This document shows positions 52,313-63,039 of a DNA stretch of 64,000 nt, piece after piece. Position 1 is the stretch's first letter; every line of letters begins with the position of its first letter. The notes below the pieces were generated by a model that was not told the origin of the DNA, did not search any database, and worked only from the letters and a program-made list of their open reading frames with translations. This stretch comes from Dimorphilus gyrociliatus (lineage: Eukaryota; Animalia; Annelida): NCBI GenBank assembly GCA_904063045.1, contig CAJFCJ010000011.1, forward strand, positions 248,001 through 312,000, in the 5' to 3' direction. Position numbers and translations under genes: made by a program.

Positions 52313-52909
52313 GTACAAACATACAAACATACGCGTATATCTAATATAAGCGAAATCTTGAAATCACAGCAATCATGTGACTCCGTTAATAGACTTAAGC
52401 GATGACGTATTCTGATTTCGTTTATTCGCTAATATTTTTTTTTCTTTTGATACAAAATATTATTAAGACAAACAACACGCAATATAGTTGACCTACTTTC
52501 AAGTAATTTGAGATAGCAAAATCGTTTGAATATAATATTAAAGGATTTTTAAAAAAATGCTACAGATACTATATATATCTTGAAAAGGTTTCAATTTGCG
52601 GTTGTGTAAAGTGGTCTTTGCAGAACAAACTAGAAAGAAAAAGGGATGGTTTAGCTATATTAACAAGGATTGTATAAATACAATATTGTATTACATATTC
52701 TATAGAAATCATACATCGAACGTCACAACAGTTTTCAGAGTATTCCCTTTACAAATAAAACACAAAGAAAAGAGGCTTACACGCATTGTATATTATTCAA
52801 AAAGATTGGATGTACGGCAAACCATAAACAATAATATGACAAACATTTGCTGTTTTTGAAACGAGCTGCTGATAAAATATGATACACTATGGGGATTGTG
52901 CACGGTTTC

Positions 52910-53933
52910 CTACTTAGATGGGAATTTCAATAGACTTCTGAGAAGTTGAATGTACAAACTCCTGTAAGTTCTATTCGTCCATGCATAAATTAGAATATTC
53001 ACGGCAGAGTTTGTCCTTAGCATGCTATTGCTCATTCTAAAGGAAAATAATGAAAAAATGTCGACAAGACTACCAAGATAATTTAATTTAATTAATAACA
53101 AACCTATCGAATATAACAGGCATAGTTTTCACTTGAGTTTTGACCAAAAATTCCACAACAACCGGACTTACTAAAATAACGTAGACTATCCAAATAATGA
53201 AAAATTGTTTTGCAGTTTTAAACTCAAATCTTTTATGTTTTACCGATTGAGTTGGCAATCCATTATCAGTCATTTCGGCTGAAGAGACGGTTGTAACTGC
53301 TTGTTGGGTAATATTTATACGAGCTACTCTCTTCCTTGATTTTTGAATTCCTCGAAATATTAGAATATAGAATAATGCAATTATTAGTATGTTTATCATT
53401 AGACAAATTAGACCAATAATTAGAGAATAAGGTTTACCAGATTGATTGGATTTCATTTCACAAGTAAGATATACAGTACGAAAATGGTATTCGGTAAATA
53501 AAAGTGGCCAGGACGAGAATAATCCACTGAAAACCCATAGACAAACACAGAATATTATTGAATTTTCATCCGAAAATAGCTTAATATATAATTCTCGTTT
53601 TCTCAAAACATATATATATCTGTTCACTGCTATTAAAGCTAAACTAAATTGAGATGCTATTACCGGAATTAAATAGAATGGCATATAATATTTACAAATA
53701 ACATCATTTTTCGATGGGATAAAAAATGCTATCCAATTAAGAATATTTAAAAAGCAAACTAAACCATCTGATATTGCCAAACTGAATACGAAAATGTTTG
53801 TAGATTGGGAATACTTTTTACTTTTTATCAGAATACCAATTGTTATTAAATTTCCAAAAGTTCCAAAGATAAATATAACCAATATTTCGTAAACTGCACC
53901 TAAGATATCTGTATAATATGGAGGTTGGTCCAT
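52910..53933 (-). CDS. Class A (rhodopsin-like) orphan GPCR, melatonin/moody-like, 2 exons
   Basis: TM1 GTFGNLITI, TM2 FVFSLAISDGLV, TM3 SLALIAVNRY, TM4 W, TM5 Y. The second exon gives TM7 TNSAVNILIYAWTNRTYR. Confidence 0.88.
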
Positions 53934-54729
53934 TTTTTATACCTTGAATATGATTTCTCTCCTCTCTCTTCTTTCTCTTAATGAAAAAAGATTGCTTCAC
54001 TTTCTGCCACTCTAAGTAAACTGCTTTTCAAATATGACAAACATTTTTTACAAACTAATTATAACCAACTACCAGATGGCGTTTTACTTGCTTTGCTAAT
54101 AAGATATAACTGTCCCCGTGTTTTTGCACTATTTCTTGATTAAATTAAAGAGATGATAATGATACAATAATCAATAAATAGAAAGGGAAACTAAATATGA
54201 TAAGTCTTTTAGAGAAATGATTAAATTACTAGAAAGATCCACATCGGTTTCCATATTTCATCTGCTTCAAGGTGATGTTCTATTAGTGCTACTTTTCAAG
54301 TGTAAACAAATTAATAAAGCATAAATATCCAATTGTTCTAAACCTCAGTAAAGAAAATTACAAACGCAGTTTCTAGTGAAGTGAATATTAAGTATTCATT
54401 GGTTTCCCTTTTGTATCTTCTATCAAAACTTTTTGTTGATTAGTGTAAAATGAGAATGCTAGAGGAGAATGAAAGATTGAAATGTTGGATAGCTACTGTA
54501 TAAAGATTATTACTAATTATATATCCCGGAAGTTAACTGGAAAAGACAGACATTTTTGAAAGAGTAAGATGATATCTTGAGAAATGAGTATCCTCAAAGA
54601 TATTTCAAGTTGATTGTATATCTCAACCATAAAGCTAATAACTAATTGGATTATATTTCCATATTACAAATGTTTTTGTGTTTTTGTAATACTTTAATTA
54701 ATGTTAAACATTTAGCCAGAGTAAATACA

Positions 54730-55170
54730 TAGTAGTTTGTATTGTATCATCTATTTTCAAGTACCAGCATCTTTTGGCAAAATAACATCCTAGTTTTTGA
54801 AAGATGACCCTTTCAATCCATTTTTCTTCTTGTGAACATAGCTCTTCAATCCATGTCTTCTTAATATTCGTTTGCACGTGGACACTGATATTTTACAAGC
54901 AAATCCGGATAACTCCAATTTTTGTCTAGCTGTTAAAAATGGATTTTTCTTTGAAATTTTCACTAATTTTCTCTCTTCCATTAATGATAATATCTTCGGA
55001 GTGCACAGTTTCGAGAGATTACCAATTACCCCATAATTTATGTATTTTTTCCATATTTTTTGAACGGAACCGCGAGATATTTTTAGATCTTTAGCAATCT
55101 GGTTTAATGACTGTTTATCCAGTCTCTTTTCAATGACCAACCGTCTAATAGGAATTGCAATTGTTGGCAT
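54730..55170 (-). pseudogene. Tc1-like transposase relic (bipartite HTH region, frameshifted, no DDE domain)
   Basis: MPTIAIPIRRLVIEKRLDKQSLNQIAKDLKISRGSVQKIWKKY..EERKLVKISKKNPFLTARQ..ISVSTCKRILRRHGL. The stop at 54790 is followed by a shifted-frame KTRMLFCQK resembling the Tc1 RLxFAK motif. Confidence 0.8.
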
Positions 55171-55975
55171 ATTGCTACAGAACGATAATATTCGCACGCG
55201 TACACAAAAGAGAATGTGGGAAAAATCCAAAGAGAGTCATTTATTTAATACGCTTTTTCTTATAGGCTGATTAATGGTGTGGTGTGTAGTCATTTTTTGT
55301 TAACCCTATGAAAAATCAAGTAATTCTCTTATTTACGTTGTTAGTCAATCAATTTTATCCGAAAAGGATTAGGAATGAATGTCGGAACGGATGGACACAT
55401 ACCTACCTACCTGTTCGAGAAGATATGTATCTTCCTATTGGATTATCTGAAAGACAATCAATCTATTAGGCCATTGTTACAATGACATTCTCTTTCATAA
55501 TTAAATGATTTAAGAATTGATACTAGTAGAAAATGTTACTTTGGCTCCAATGGACCAACTTCTTTTATACTTCTATTGGATTTTAATTCTTTACCATCTA
55601 ATCCCTTACATCTCACTAATAAATATTATTATCGCTCGTCATTGTATTGTTTGCTACATAACTAATTGTCATTTAATGGGAAATTATATTCTCTTTTCTT
55701 TATGTATATATATATATTTTTTTTTAAAAAAAAAAACATAATAACATTTTTTTTAAAAGAAAAAATCTCTGCTAGACACAACAACTCGTTAAATTTTTTA
55801 TATTGCTAGATGTTATCTAGGTTAGTTTAAATACTAAACAAATTGAAAAAATAAGACTATTACTCAAGTTTTTTGACAGTTGTATCCTAAACAAAAAAAA
55901 GGTATTTCCAGCAAAATAGTTATTCTGCTTTGAAATATTCCAAGGTACAAGGTAAAAATAAGCTTAAAGTTAAAC

Positions 55976-55994
55976 AGAGAGAGAGAGAGAGAGA
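55976..55994 (+). repeat. (GA)n microsatellite in a purine-rich leader of the RING gene
   Basis: agagagagagagagagaga followed by an A/G-only stretch up to the ATG at 56024. Confidence 0.9.
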
Positions 55995-56023
55995 AAAGAA
56001 AGGAAAAGGAAGAAAAGGAAAAA

Positions 56024-57556
56024 ATGTCACTTAAAGAATATATCGTTCGTATGAGAGAGGACTTAATAGTTTGTAAATTATGTAATAATCTATGGATTGA
56101 TAGAGATCCGAGAATCTTGAATTGTTCTCATATATTTTGCTACGATTGTTTAAAAGATTTATTAGAAGAGAGGAATACAGAGGAGAATTTCAATTGTTAT
56201 TCTTGCGGGAAAAGTATCGATATGCCAAAAGAAGGGGGAATTGACGAATTAAATTGTTTCGAAATAATAAAAAGTATCGATTCAACAGATAATTCACAAT
56301 TATCTGATGATATGAACGTTCAAGAGGCGGGTGAAAAGAAATTTGCTGTTATGAACGAAATAAAGCTTATGGAGAATGTTATAGAAAGTACCAATAAGGA
56401 TGAGAATACTAATTTAAACAATTTAAGAAATCACGTTAGAGGAGTTGAAAAGATGTTTGAAAAGCAGGTTGAAGATTTAAGCTTTGAATTAAAATTTCAA
56501 TATCGAAGGCATAGGCGTCTAATAAGATTGTATATAAGAACTTATAATTGGTTTATTAACGTTCCTGATAAGAATTTATTATATAATAAATCGATAATAA
56601 AAAGAATTAAAGAATTAAGACAGAATGCTTTATCTATGAAAATCGATTTGAAATTGAACGATAATTATCTGGAATCGATTGGTCGTATTGAAGTATCAAA
56701 TACTGGTTCATTTACTAATTTTTTAATAAAGAAACGTCATAGAATTATTGGAGCCCCTTACGAAATTGCCGATATTGCTATTGGAATGAATGAATTATAT
56801 ATAATTTGCCTATATTCTAATACGGAAACAGATGTTTGGAAGATACTATGTTATAGTTTAGATGGAGATTATTTAAATTCTTGTATAGAGATTGAAGAAT
56901 TTACAGAGAAATCGGATAGAAAATCTAAAAGAAATTGGATTGTTTCGAGATGTAAATCAGCTATTAGCTATGATTGCTCTTCATTATATCTATCGGCCTT
57001 CTATCCCAATGAGATTCATAAACTTCAACTTTTCGGCAGAAGAGAAAAGATGAAAAGATTCTGTAAAATAAACGCTCAATACATTTGCAGCGTTTTAGAA
57101 GGTCTGCTAATTGTTGAATCTGCCTCCTCTAGAATTTTACTATATAGCGATAGAGGTGAGAAACTTAAGACGTTTCCAAATCGTCATGATATACTGAGTA
57201 TCTGTAGTCTACGCTTACCAACCCTTGTCACTTTCGTTAATACATCAAATGAACTAATTATTATGAATACCAATAATAGAAATAAGAAATCAAAGGTCAA
57301 TTGTCAGTGTCAAATAACCAACTCTATGGTTTTAAAGTCACTTAGTTCATCAATAGCTGTAATGAATAAAGATAGGAAATCAATATTTGAGCTCTATTAC
57401 AACGGAACAGCATTCAGAGATATTATCGTCTTTCAAGAAACACCAATCTGCATGACTTCAAGTTTTAGAGAAAATAAGGATTTTCTATATGTAATAACAA
57501 AGAATACTTCTGGTTTATTATGCTTAAACATTTATAAATCTGTTGTAAAAGTTTAA
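56024..57556 (+). CDS. Intronless C3HC4 RING + coiled coil + degenerate NHL-like propeller (TRIM-NHL-like, no recognisable B-box)
   Basis: RING CKLC-NNLWIDRDPRILN-CSHIFCYDC..CYSC, then a helical segment and a beta-rich C-terminus. Confidence 0.8.
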   Translation: MSLKEYIVRMREDLIVCKLCNNLWIDRDPRILNCSHIFCYDCLKDLLEERNTEENFNCYSCGKSIDMPKEGGIDELNCFEIIKSIDSTDNSQLSDDMNVQEAGEKKFAVMNEIKLMENVIESTNKDENTNLNNLRNHVRGVEKMFEKQVEDLSFELKFQYRRHRRLIRLYIRTYNWFINVPDKNLLYNKSIIKRIKELRQNALSMKIDLKLNDNYLESIGRIEVSNTGSFTNFLIKKRHRIIGAPYEIADIAIGMNELYIICLYSNTETDVWKILCYSLDGDYLNSCIEIEEFTEKSDRKSKRNWIVSRCKSAISYDCSSLYLSAFYPNEIHKLQLFGRREKMKRFCKINAQYICSVLEGLLIVESASSRILLYSDRGEKLKTFPNRHDILSICSLRLPTLVTFVNTSNELIIMNTNNRNKKSKVNCQCQITNSMVLKSLSSSIAVMNKDRKSIFELYYNGTAFRDIIVFQETPICMTSSFRENKDFLYVITKNTSGLLCLNIYKSVVKV

Positions 57557-57805
57557 TATTCATTAATTTCTCCATTCATCAATAATCTAGCTTTTCAGTC
57601 TTTTTAAGTAATTTATTAACGTTGTTTGTCAACATTTAACTATAATATCATGTGACTTAGTAACGAATAATACATTATCTTGTGATACAAAGATGATAAT
57701 AGGGATGATTAATATTAAAAATAATATCTATCTTCAATGATAAATTGAAGATAGAAAAGGGGAAGATAGAGACGTAAATTCACTTGTAAGCTTACTGTTT
57801 GTGTA

Positions 57806-58649
57806 TCAATGAAAACATCCACAACATTTTGACGAATTTTTTACTTTTGGAAGAGTATATCTTCTAGCGTTTGCTCTGCATTTCTAGAATATTTGCCATA
57901 AAGTATTTCTTGTTTCGTTTTTATTAATTAATAACTTTTTGTTACCTTTTCAATGATCTCTTTAGTGAGATGATTCAGAGCTTCATTGACATTTTCTCCC
58001 GTTTCGCAGCTAATGCTAAAGAATGGAATATTCCATTCGTTGGCCAACTTAAAAATAATTGGATTTAGATTGATGATTGAATTAAAAATTTGTTTACTAA
58101 GTTTTAAATACTTGTCTGGCATCTTCTTGTTCTTTTATTACGATTTCGTCCGATCTTGGGAAATTACCTATTAACATTAATTGGCAATTTGTCCTTGTAG
58201 TCATCTGAAATGAGTATTACTTTTATGTTTAACAATCAATCTTTTCGTAAAAACCTCTTTTATGACTGGCCATTGCTGTAACTTTATCTTGAAAGTACTA
58301 AACTCATTCATTTCAAACACCATTAGAACTCCATCAGCAGTTTTACATTCCATAATAAGACTTAAACGATCTGATGGATCTATAACCGAAATGGATAATA
58401 CCATCTGCTTTTCTTTTATTGAAACAGTTTTCCTATAACGATCCACGCCACTGCAATCTTTGGTTCCTAAAAGAATAGTAGGAAAACTGCTGGTAATAGT
58501 AGGAGAATGGGAAAGAAGAACTTTTTACCTTCAACCTCTTTATCGAAAGCTTTAGGTATAGACCTTATAAGCCTTGACATCGTATTCAATCTTCCACTCA
58601 TTCTAATCTCAACAAGAACAATTTGAATTTGATTTTTGAAAAAATCCAT
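57806..58649 (-). CDS. Ras/Rab-fold small GTPase-like protein with degenerate G-boxes (putative pseudo-GTPase), 5 exons
   Basis: Four short GT-AG introns give one ~195-aa frame: QIVLVEIRMSGRL, DRYRKTVSIKEKQMVLSI, ADGVLMVFEMNEFSTF, LMLIGN, LANEWNIPFFSISCETGENVNEAL, ending KSKNSSKCCGCFH-TGA. Confidence 0.78.
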
Positions 58650-59669
58650 CCGCTTTTCCTTCTCTGTTTTTACTTAAGGGATTCTAACTGTCCAGCTATT
58701 TTTGACCTTTAGCTTTCGTTTTCCAAAAGTTTGGTTGTTTTCTTTACATATAAATCAGTTCTCTTCAAAAAAGAGATTTATATTCTTCTCATATATATAA
58801 AGTCTACACGTAAATTTATAATCAGAAAAAATTACTGGTGTCGCCACCAGTAAGGTTAAAGGTTATCTTGTAAATTGTCCAAAAGATAATAATACAAACT
58901 TTACTTAGTGTTGCTAATGTCTCAATTCTTCGACTCTCGAAATAAAGATTATAAGAAGTTTTGTCTTTTTTGTTTTTATAAAAACAAAAAGAAGAAGAAA
59001 AAATGACATGTGTGAAAAAAAAGATTGTTTGGAAAAAACAGCTACGACTCCCCCTAGATAATCCAGCTGGTAATCCGCTTAAGATTAATTAATCTAAAAA
59101 ATAATCTTCAACAGGACAAAAACAAAAGTAATAAGAAATGATTTTTTTATGCGTTTCTTAAGCATCAACTAGGTCAATAACGTATTTACTGTATGGAACT
59201 AGACCATAAAATATGCCTATTTTCGTTTTAATAAGTTCGTTCTCCCATTGTCTTAAAAACGACTGGTAACCTAAATTACTTGTTAACATTGTTGATTCAT
59301 CTTCTTTAATGGTTTTGATCGTTTGGTTTCTCCCTATATACAGTATATAGGGAGATAAGAAATATAACATTTGTATATACAGATATCTTATATTTTAATG
59401 TGTTTATCCCAATCGCTATTGTCTTTACTCAAAATGTAATTTTGAGGAAACAAGATATAATTAAATCTATTTTTGACAATGAAAAATTTATCTTAAAAAA
59501 CGATGGGTGTTGTCTTTATATAACATATATATATATATGTATATTAGTCTTACAACTAACAATCGCTGCTTGAACGTAGTAAATGTGACATTAATCTTTC
59601 GATACTATTTAACTAATTAATTGTCGTTTGTTTGGTGTTTGTTTGAATAATTAATATATTAAATTTAAA

Positions 59670-60788
59670 ATGGAACTTTCAAGGGAAATTCAAAAATTAA
59701 GAAAGATAATTGATGATTCAAAGGAAAAGAATATTAAGTTACTTAATAAACACTTTGAACATTTGGAAGAAAGACTTGAAACTGAAAAGAGAAGATTAAG
59801 ACAAGAAGTTTTCGATAATTTGGAAGAAACTAATAATCAATTGACTAAATTTAATGTAGCTTTTACAGAATATTCTAATTTTAGAAGTAGCACCTTTCAA
59901 GAGCCTAAACAGCGTATGAAAGAAATATTGATGGAACTGGAAACGAGCATTACATGTAGGGAACTTGAATTACGTATTCAAGAAAATTTAGATAACAAAA
60001 TAGCAGAAGTTCAAGTAAAAGAGGGATTTATTTATAATTTTACTGTAATGCCTTTTGACATTGTTAATGGAAGAATTTCTGATCATTCGTCCATTATTAG
60101 CAATGAAACGGACATATTTCTAATGAACACGTCACCTGAGAATACAACAATAACTGATATAAATACAAGTGAAGTATCAGATATAGTATTAAATCGATGG
60201 GAGAGTAGAGGAGCGTATGAAAGTTTTTCGATTAGTCCAGACGAATTATTTATCCTACTTTGCGACAGAGTTAATGGACTAATTTTAAAGAGTAAAATTG
60301 CGGAGGCTACTTTAAATTTTAGAGAATATCTAAAAGTAGACGATGTACGTAAAGCCTACGCCACTTCAAATGGTCAAACTTTGGTGTGGCACGAAAATAA
60401 ACTGACATTGTTCAATGCAGATAATTCATCACAATGGTCCCATACGTTAGACAATATAGAAGCGGTTGCCTTCTCTGGCCTGGATAAAGCAGACATTTTC
60501 ATGACAAAAGAAGAAAATGAAATAAGAATTCGATCCTTATTTAGTGGACTTGAAGAAAAAGCCTTCAATATAAATATAGAAGTCGCCGAAATGTACTCTC
60601 TACCTTTTGGAATATTACTCCTTCCACAAAATGAAAAGCGTCTTATTCTCTTATCGAAAAAAAACGGCTCAATAATTGCTGAATTCCCATTAAATTTTAC
60701 TCCAAAAACAATGGCAATTTCATTAAATATTCTAAACCTTACTTTTTATGTAATATCTGATAAAAATGAATTATTTGTTATGAAATAA
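59670..60788 (+). CDS. Intronless coiled-coil + beta-propeller protein (TRIM-like, no RING), paralog of 61660
   Basis: 372-aa ORF. It shares NRW, FS(I/V)SP, ILxCDR(V/I)NGxIxKS and FPL(N/E)FTPKTMA(I/V)SLNILN with 61660. Confidence 0.7.
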   Translation: MELSREIQKLRKIIDDSKEKNIKLLNKHFEHLEERLETEKRRLRQEVFDNLEETNNQLTKFNVAFTEYSNFRSSTFQEPKQRMKEILMELETSITCRELELRIQENLDNKIAEVQVKEGFIYNFTVMPFDIVNGRISDHSSIISNETDIFLMNTSPENTTITDINTSEVSDIVLNRWESRGAYESFSISPDELFILLCDRVNGLILKSKIAEATLNFREYLKVDDVRKAYATSNGQTLVWHENKLTLFNADNSSQWSHTLDNIEAVAFSGLDKADIFMTKEENEIRIRSLFSGLEEKAFNINIEVAEMYSLPFGILLLPQNEKRLILLSKKNGSIIAEFPLNFTPKTMAISLNILNLTFYVISDKNELFVMK

Positions 60789-61659
60789 AAGTTATAAAAG
60801 AATACGTAACTTCCGATGATAATCAGCATATAATTAATGAGTCTTTTCCAAGTAAAGAACGCTCTTTACTTTCTTCAGCGTGTTAACACGAGGTAGATAC
60901 ATAGGTATAGGTAGTACCTTAAAAAAAAGAGGGTTGGGGAAGGATAATGCCAAATCAGCATTTGCCATTGACAAACTTAACTAAACAAAAGAAAGTTGCA
61001 ATTTGTTCGGAATTATAAATGCAAAACATCGCTGAAGGTCAGTTTCTATAACTGATAAGTGTCTATGTTTTTATTGAATGGGGCCAGTTAATTTTCAAAC
61101 TTTATCATTCAATTCTGAGAGGGAAGACTAGACTATGAAATTAGAAGAGGGAGAGGAGGAAGGCTATATGTTTCGCTATAGGGTGCTCTCATTTCAAATT
61201 GTAGGTTATATATCTTAAAATATAACTATCAAATGCTCAAAAACCTGATATTCATAGTTATTGACAATTTATGAGTAAAATAGAATATAAAGTATATATT
61301 ATAAAATAAGATAAACAGTATTGTTCTACTAATATATTAATTATTAAATATTGTCTGATGAAGATGTTTTTTGTACCATTGTCCAAATTGAAATTAACAA
61401 TAATAGTTTAGTTTTATAAACTGATCAAATTATTCTTAGTTTCGGTTTCGAACGATTAGATTAATTGTTATTTACAATCGAAACTATTTGAAGAGCGTTA
61501 TTGTAAATTTGATGTAGATTAGCTATTAGGGAAGTATGCTATTGTTTTCTCAAAATGGCCTCAATCTCTAGGTCTAGGGGCGGACAAATGTAATAAAAAG
61601 CTAGATATATTTTACATAGACATTGTGTAGCGTAAGAGTGAGATACATTGAACATAACT

Positions 61660-62910
61660 ATGGCTAATGATACTCATAATATCATCCGTTGCACTTCTTG
61701 TAACAACACCTGGCAAATTGTGAAAGAGACGAGGCGTTCACCTGATTTTTCTCCACCTGAGGATGTTCCTCAAAGTGAGTTTCGTCAATATTTTGATACT
61801 GGAGATGAGGCGACCATAAGGGCATTAAAGAGAATGTTGGAAGAGAAACGTAGAACCGTTGCAGAACAACTTGAAAATCACATTGAACGCTTGAAAAAAA
61901 AATTGATTGATGAGAAGGAAAGAATACTTGCAAACATCACTAAAGAATATGAATTAACAAAAACAAATTTAGAAAAACTCTCGGACGGTAAAACTGAATT
62001 TACAAATTTCAGAAACCCTATTTTTCAAGATGCTAAACAACTAATGAAAGAAACTTTACTAGAACTAGAAGCGATAATTATTTCTAAGGATACTAAATTA
62101 GATATTCTAGAACAATTAGACGGCCCAATAGCAGAAGTTCATACTGAAGAAGGTTTTATGTATGACCTCACTCTGCAGTCTTGCGAAAACATTAACCAGC
62201 ATATGAGTGATTCTTCAAAAATTCTTATCAATGGAACAAATTTGTTTCTGATGAATAGGTCAAATGGTACAGAGATATTTGTTATAAATGTTGGCGTAAC
62301 ACCTTGGGTAATAAGGAATAGATGGAGGGAGCAACATAAATTTAGCAGCTTTTCCGTTAGTCCAGAGGGAAATTATATCCTATTCTGCGATAGAATCAAC
62401 GGAATAATCAAGAAAAGCGAAGTTGAAGTAGAGTCCTTAACATTTACTGATTTTATTAGAGTTGACGATGTGAGCGAAGCGTATTGCATTCCTGAGAACA
62501 AAACTTTAGTTCACCATGACAGAAGAGTGACATTGTTCAACAGAGAGGGTGCTAAAATATGGTCATCTTTATTCGATAACCTAGAGCATATCGATTTCCA
62601 AGTAGGTAAATATTTCTGCACGAAACAAGATGATATAGAAATTAGGTCTTTGCAAACTGGAAATGAAATTCGTAGTTTTCAAACAAGTGAAAATTTCTCC
62701 GAAATGCATTCACTACTCTTTGGAATCGTAATCCTTCAACCAGAGCAAAATCGTCTTGCTCTATTATCCAATGTAGATGGTTCGGTAATTAAAGAATTTC
62801 CGCTAGAGTTTACTCCAAAAACCATGGCAGTTTCGCTAAATATTTTAAACCCAGCTTTCTGTATAATATCTGATGACAACAAATTATATGTTATGAAACA
62901 AGCTAATTGA
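61660..62910 (+). CDS. Intronless coiled-coil + beta-propeller protein with an N-terminal CxxC RING remnant
   Basis: ATG at 61660; IIRCTSCNNTW near the N-terminus; strong similarity to 59670. Confidence 0.72.
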   Translation: MANDTHNIIRCTSCNNTWQIVKETRRSPDFSPPEDVPQSEFRQYFDTGDEATIRALKRMLEEKRRTVAEQLENHIERLKKKLIDEKERILANITKEYELTKTNLEKLSDGKTEFTNFRNPIFQDAKQLMKETLLELEAIIISKDTKLDILEQLDGPIAEVHTEEGFMYDLTLQSCENINQHMSDSSKILINGTNLFLMNRSNGTEIFVINVGVTPWVIRNRWREQHKFSSFSVSPEGNYILFCDRINGIIKKSEVEVESLTFTDFIRVDDVSEAYCIPENKTLVHHDRRVTLFNREGAKIWSSLFDNLEHIDFQVGKYFCTKQDDIEIRSLQTGNEIRSFQTSENFSEMHSLLFGIVILQPEQNRLALLSNVDGSVIKEFPLEFTPKTMAVSLNILNPAFCIISDDNKLYVMKQAN

Positions 62911-63039
62911 AAGTATATAACCTTTTCCTTAACACATAAGAAGACAAGAAAATATGTTGATTGTAACAATTATTTGGCTATTAAAACTATAGTGTTCGAA
63001 AAATCAGTTATTCGATATGATTTGAAGTATTATATGTTA

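Noticed and set aside
54100-55400. Terminal inverted repeats and DDE domain for the Tc1 relic
   Set aside because: No convincing TA-flanked inverted ends or DD34E residues were found.
58830-59370. 70-aa minus-strand ORF and nearby fragments
   Set aside because: I could not splice them into a coherent gene, and no motif was recognised.
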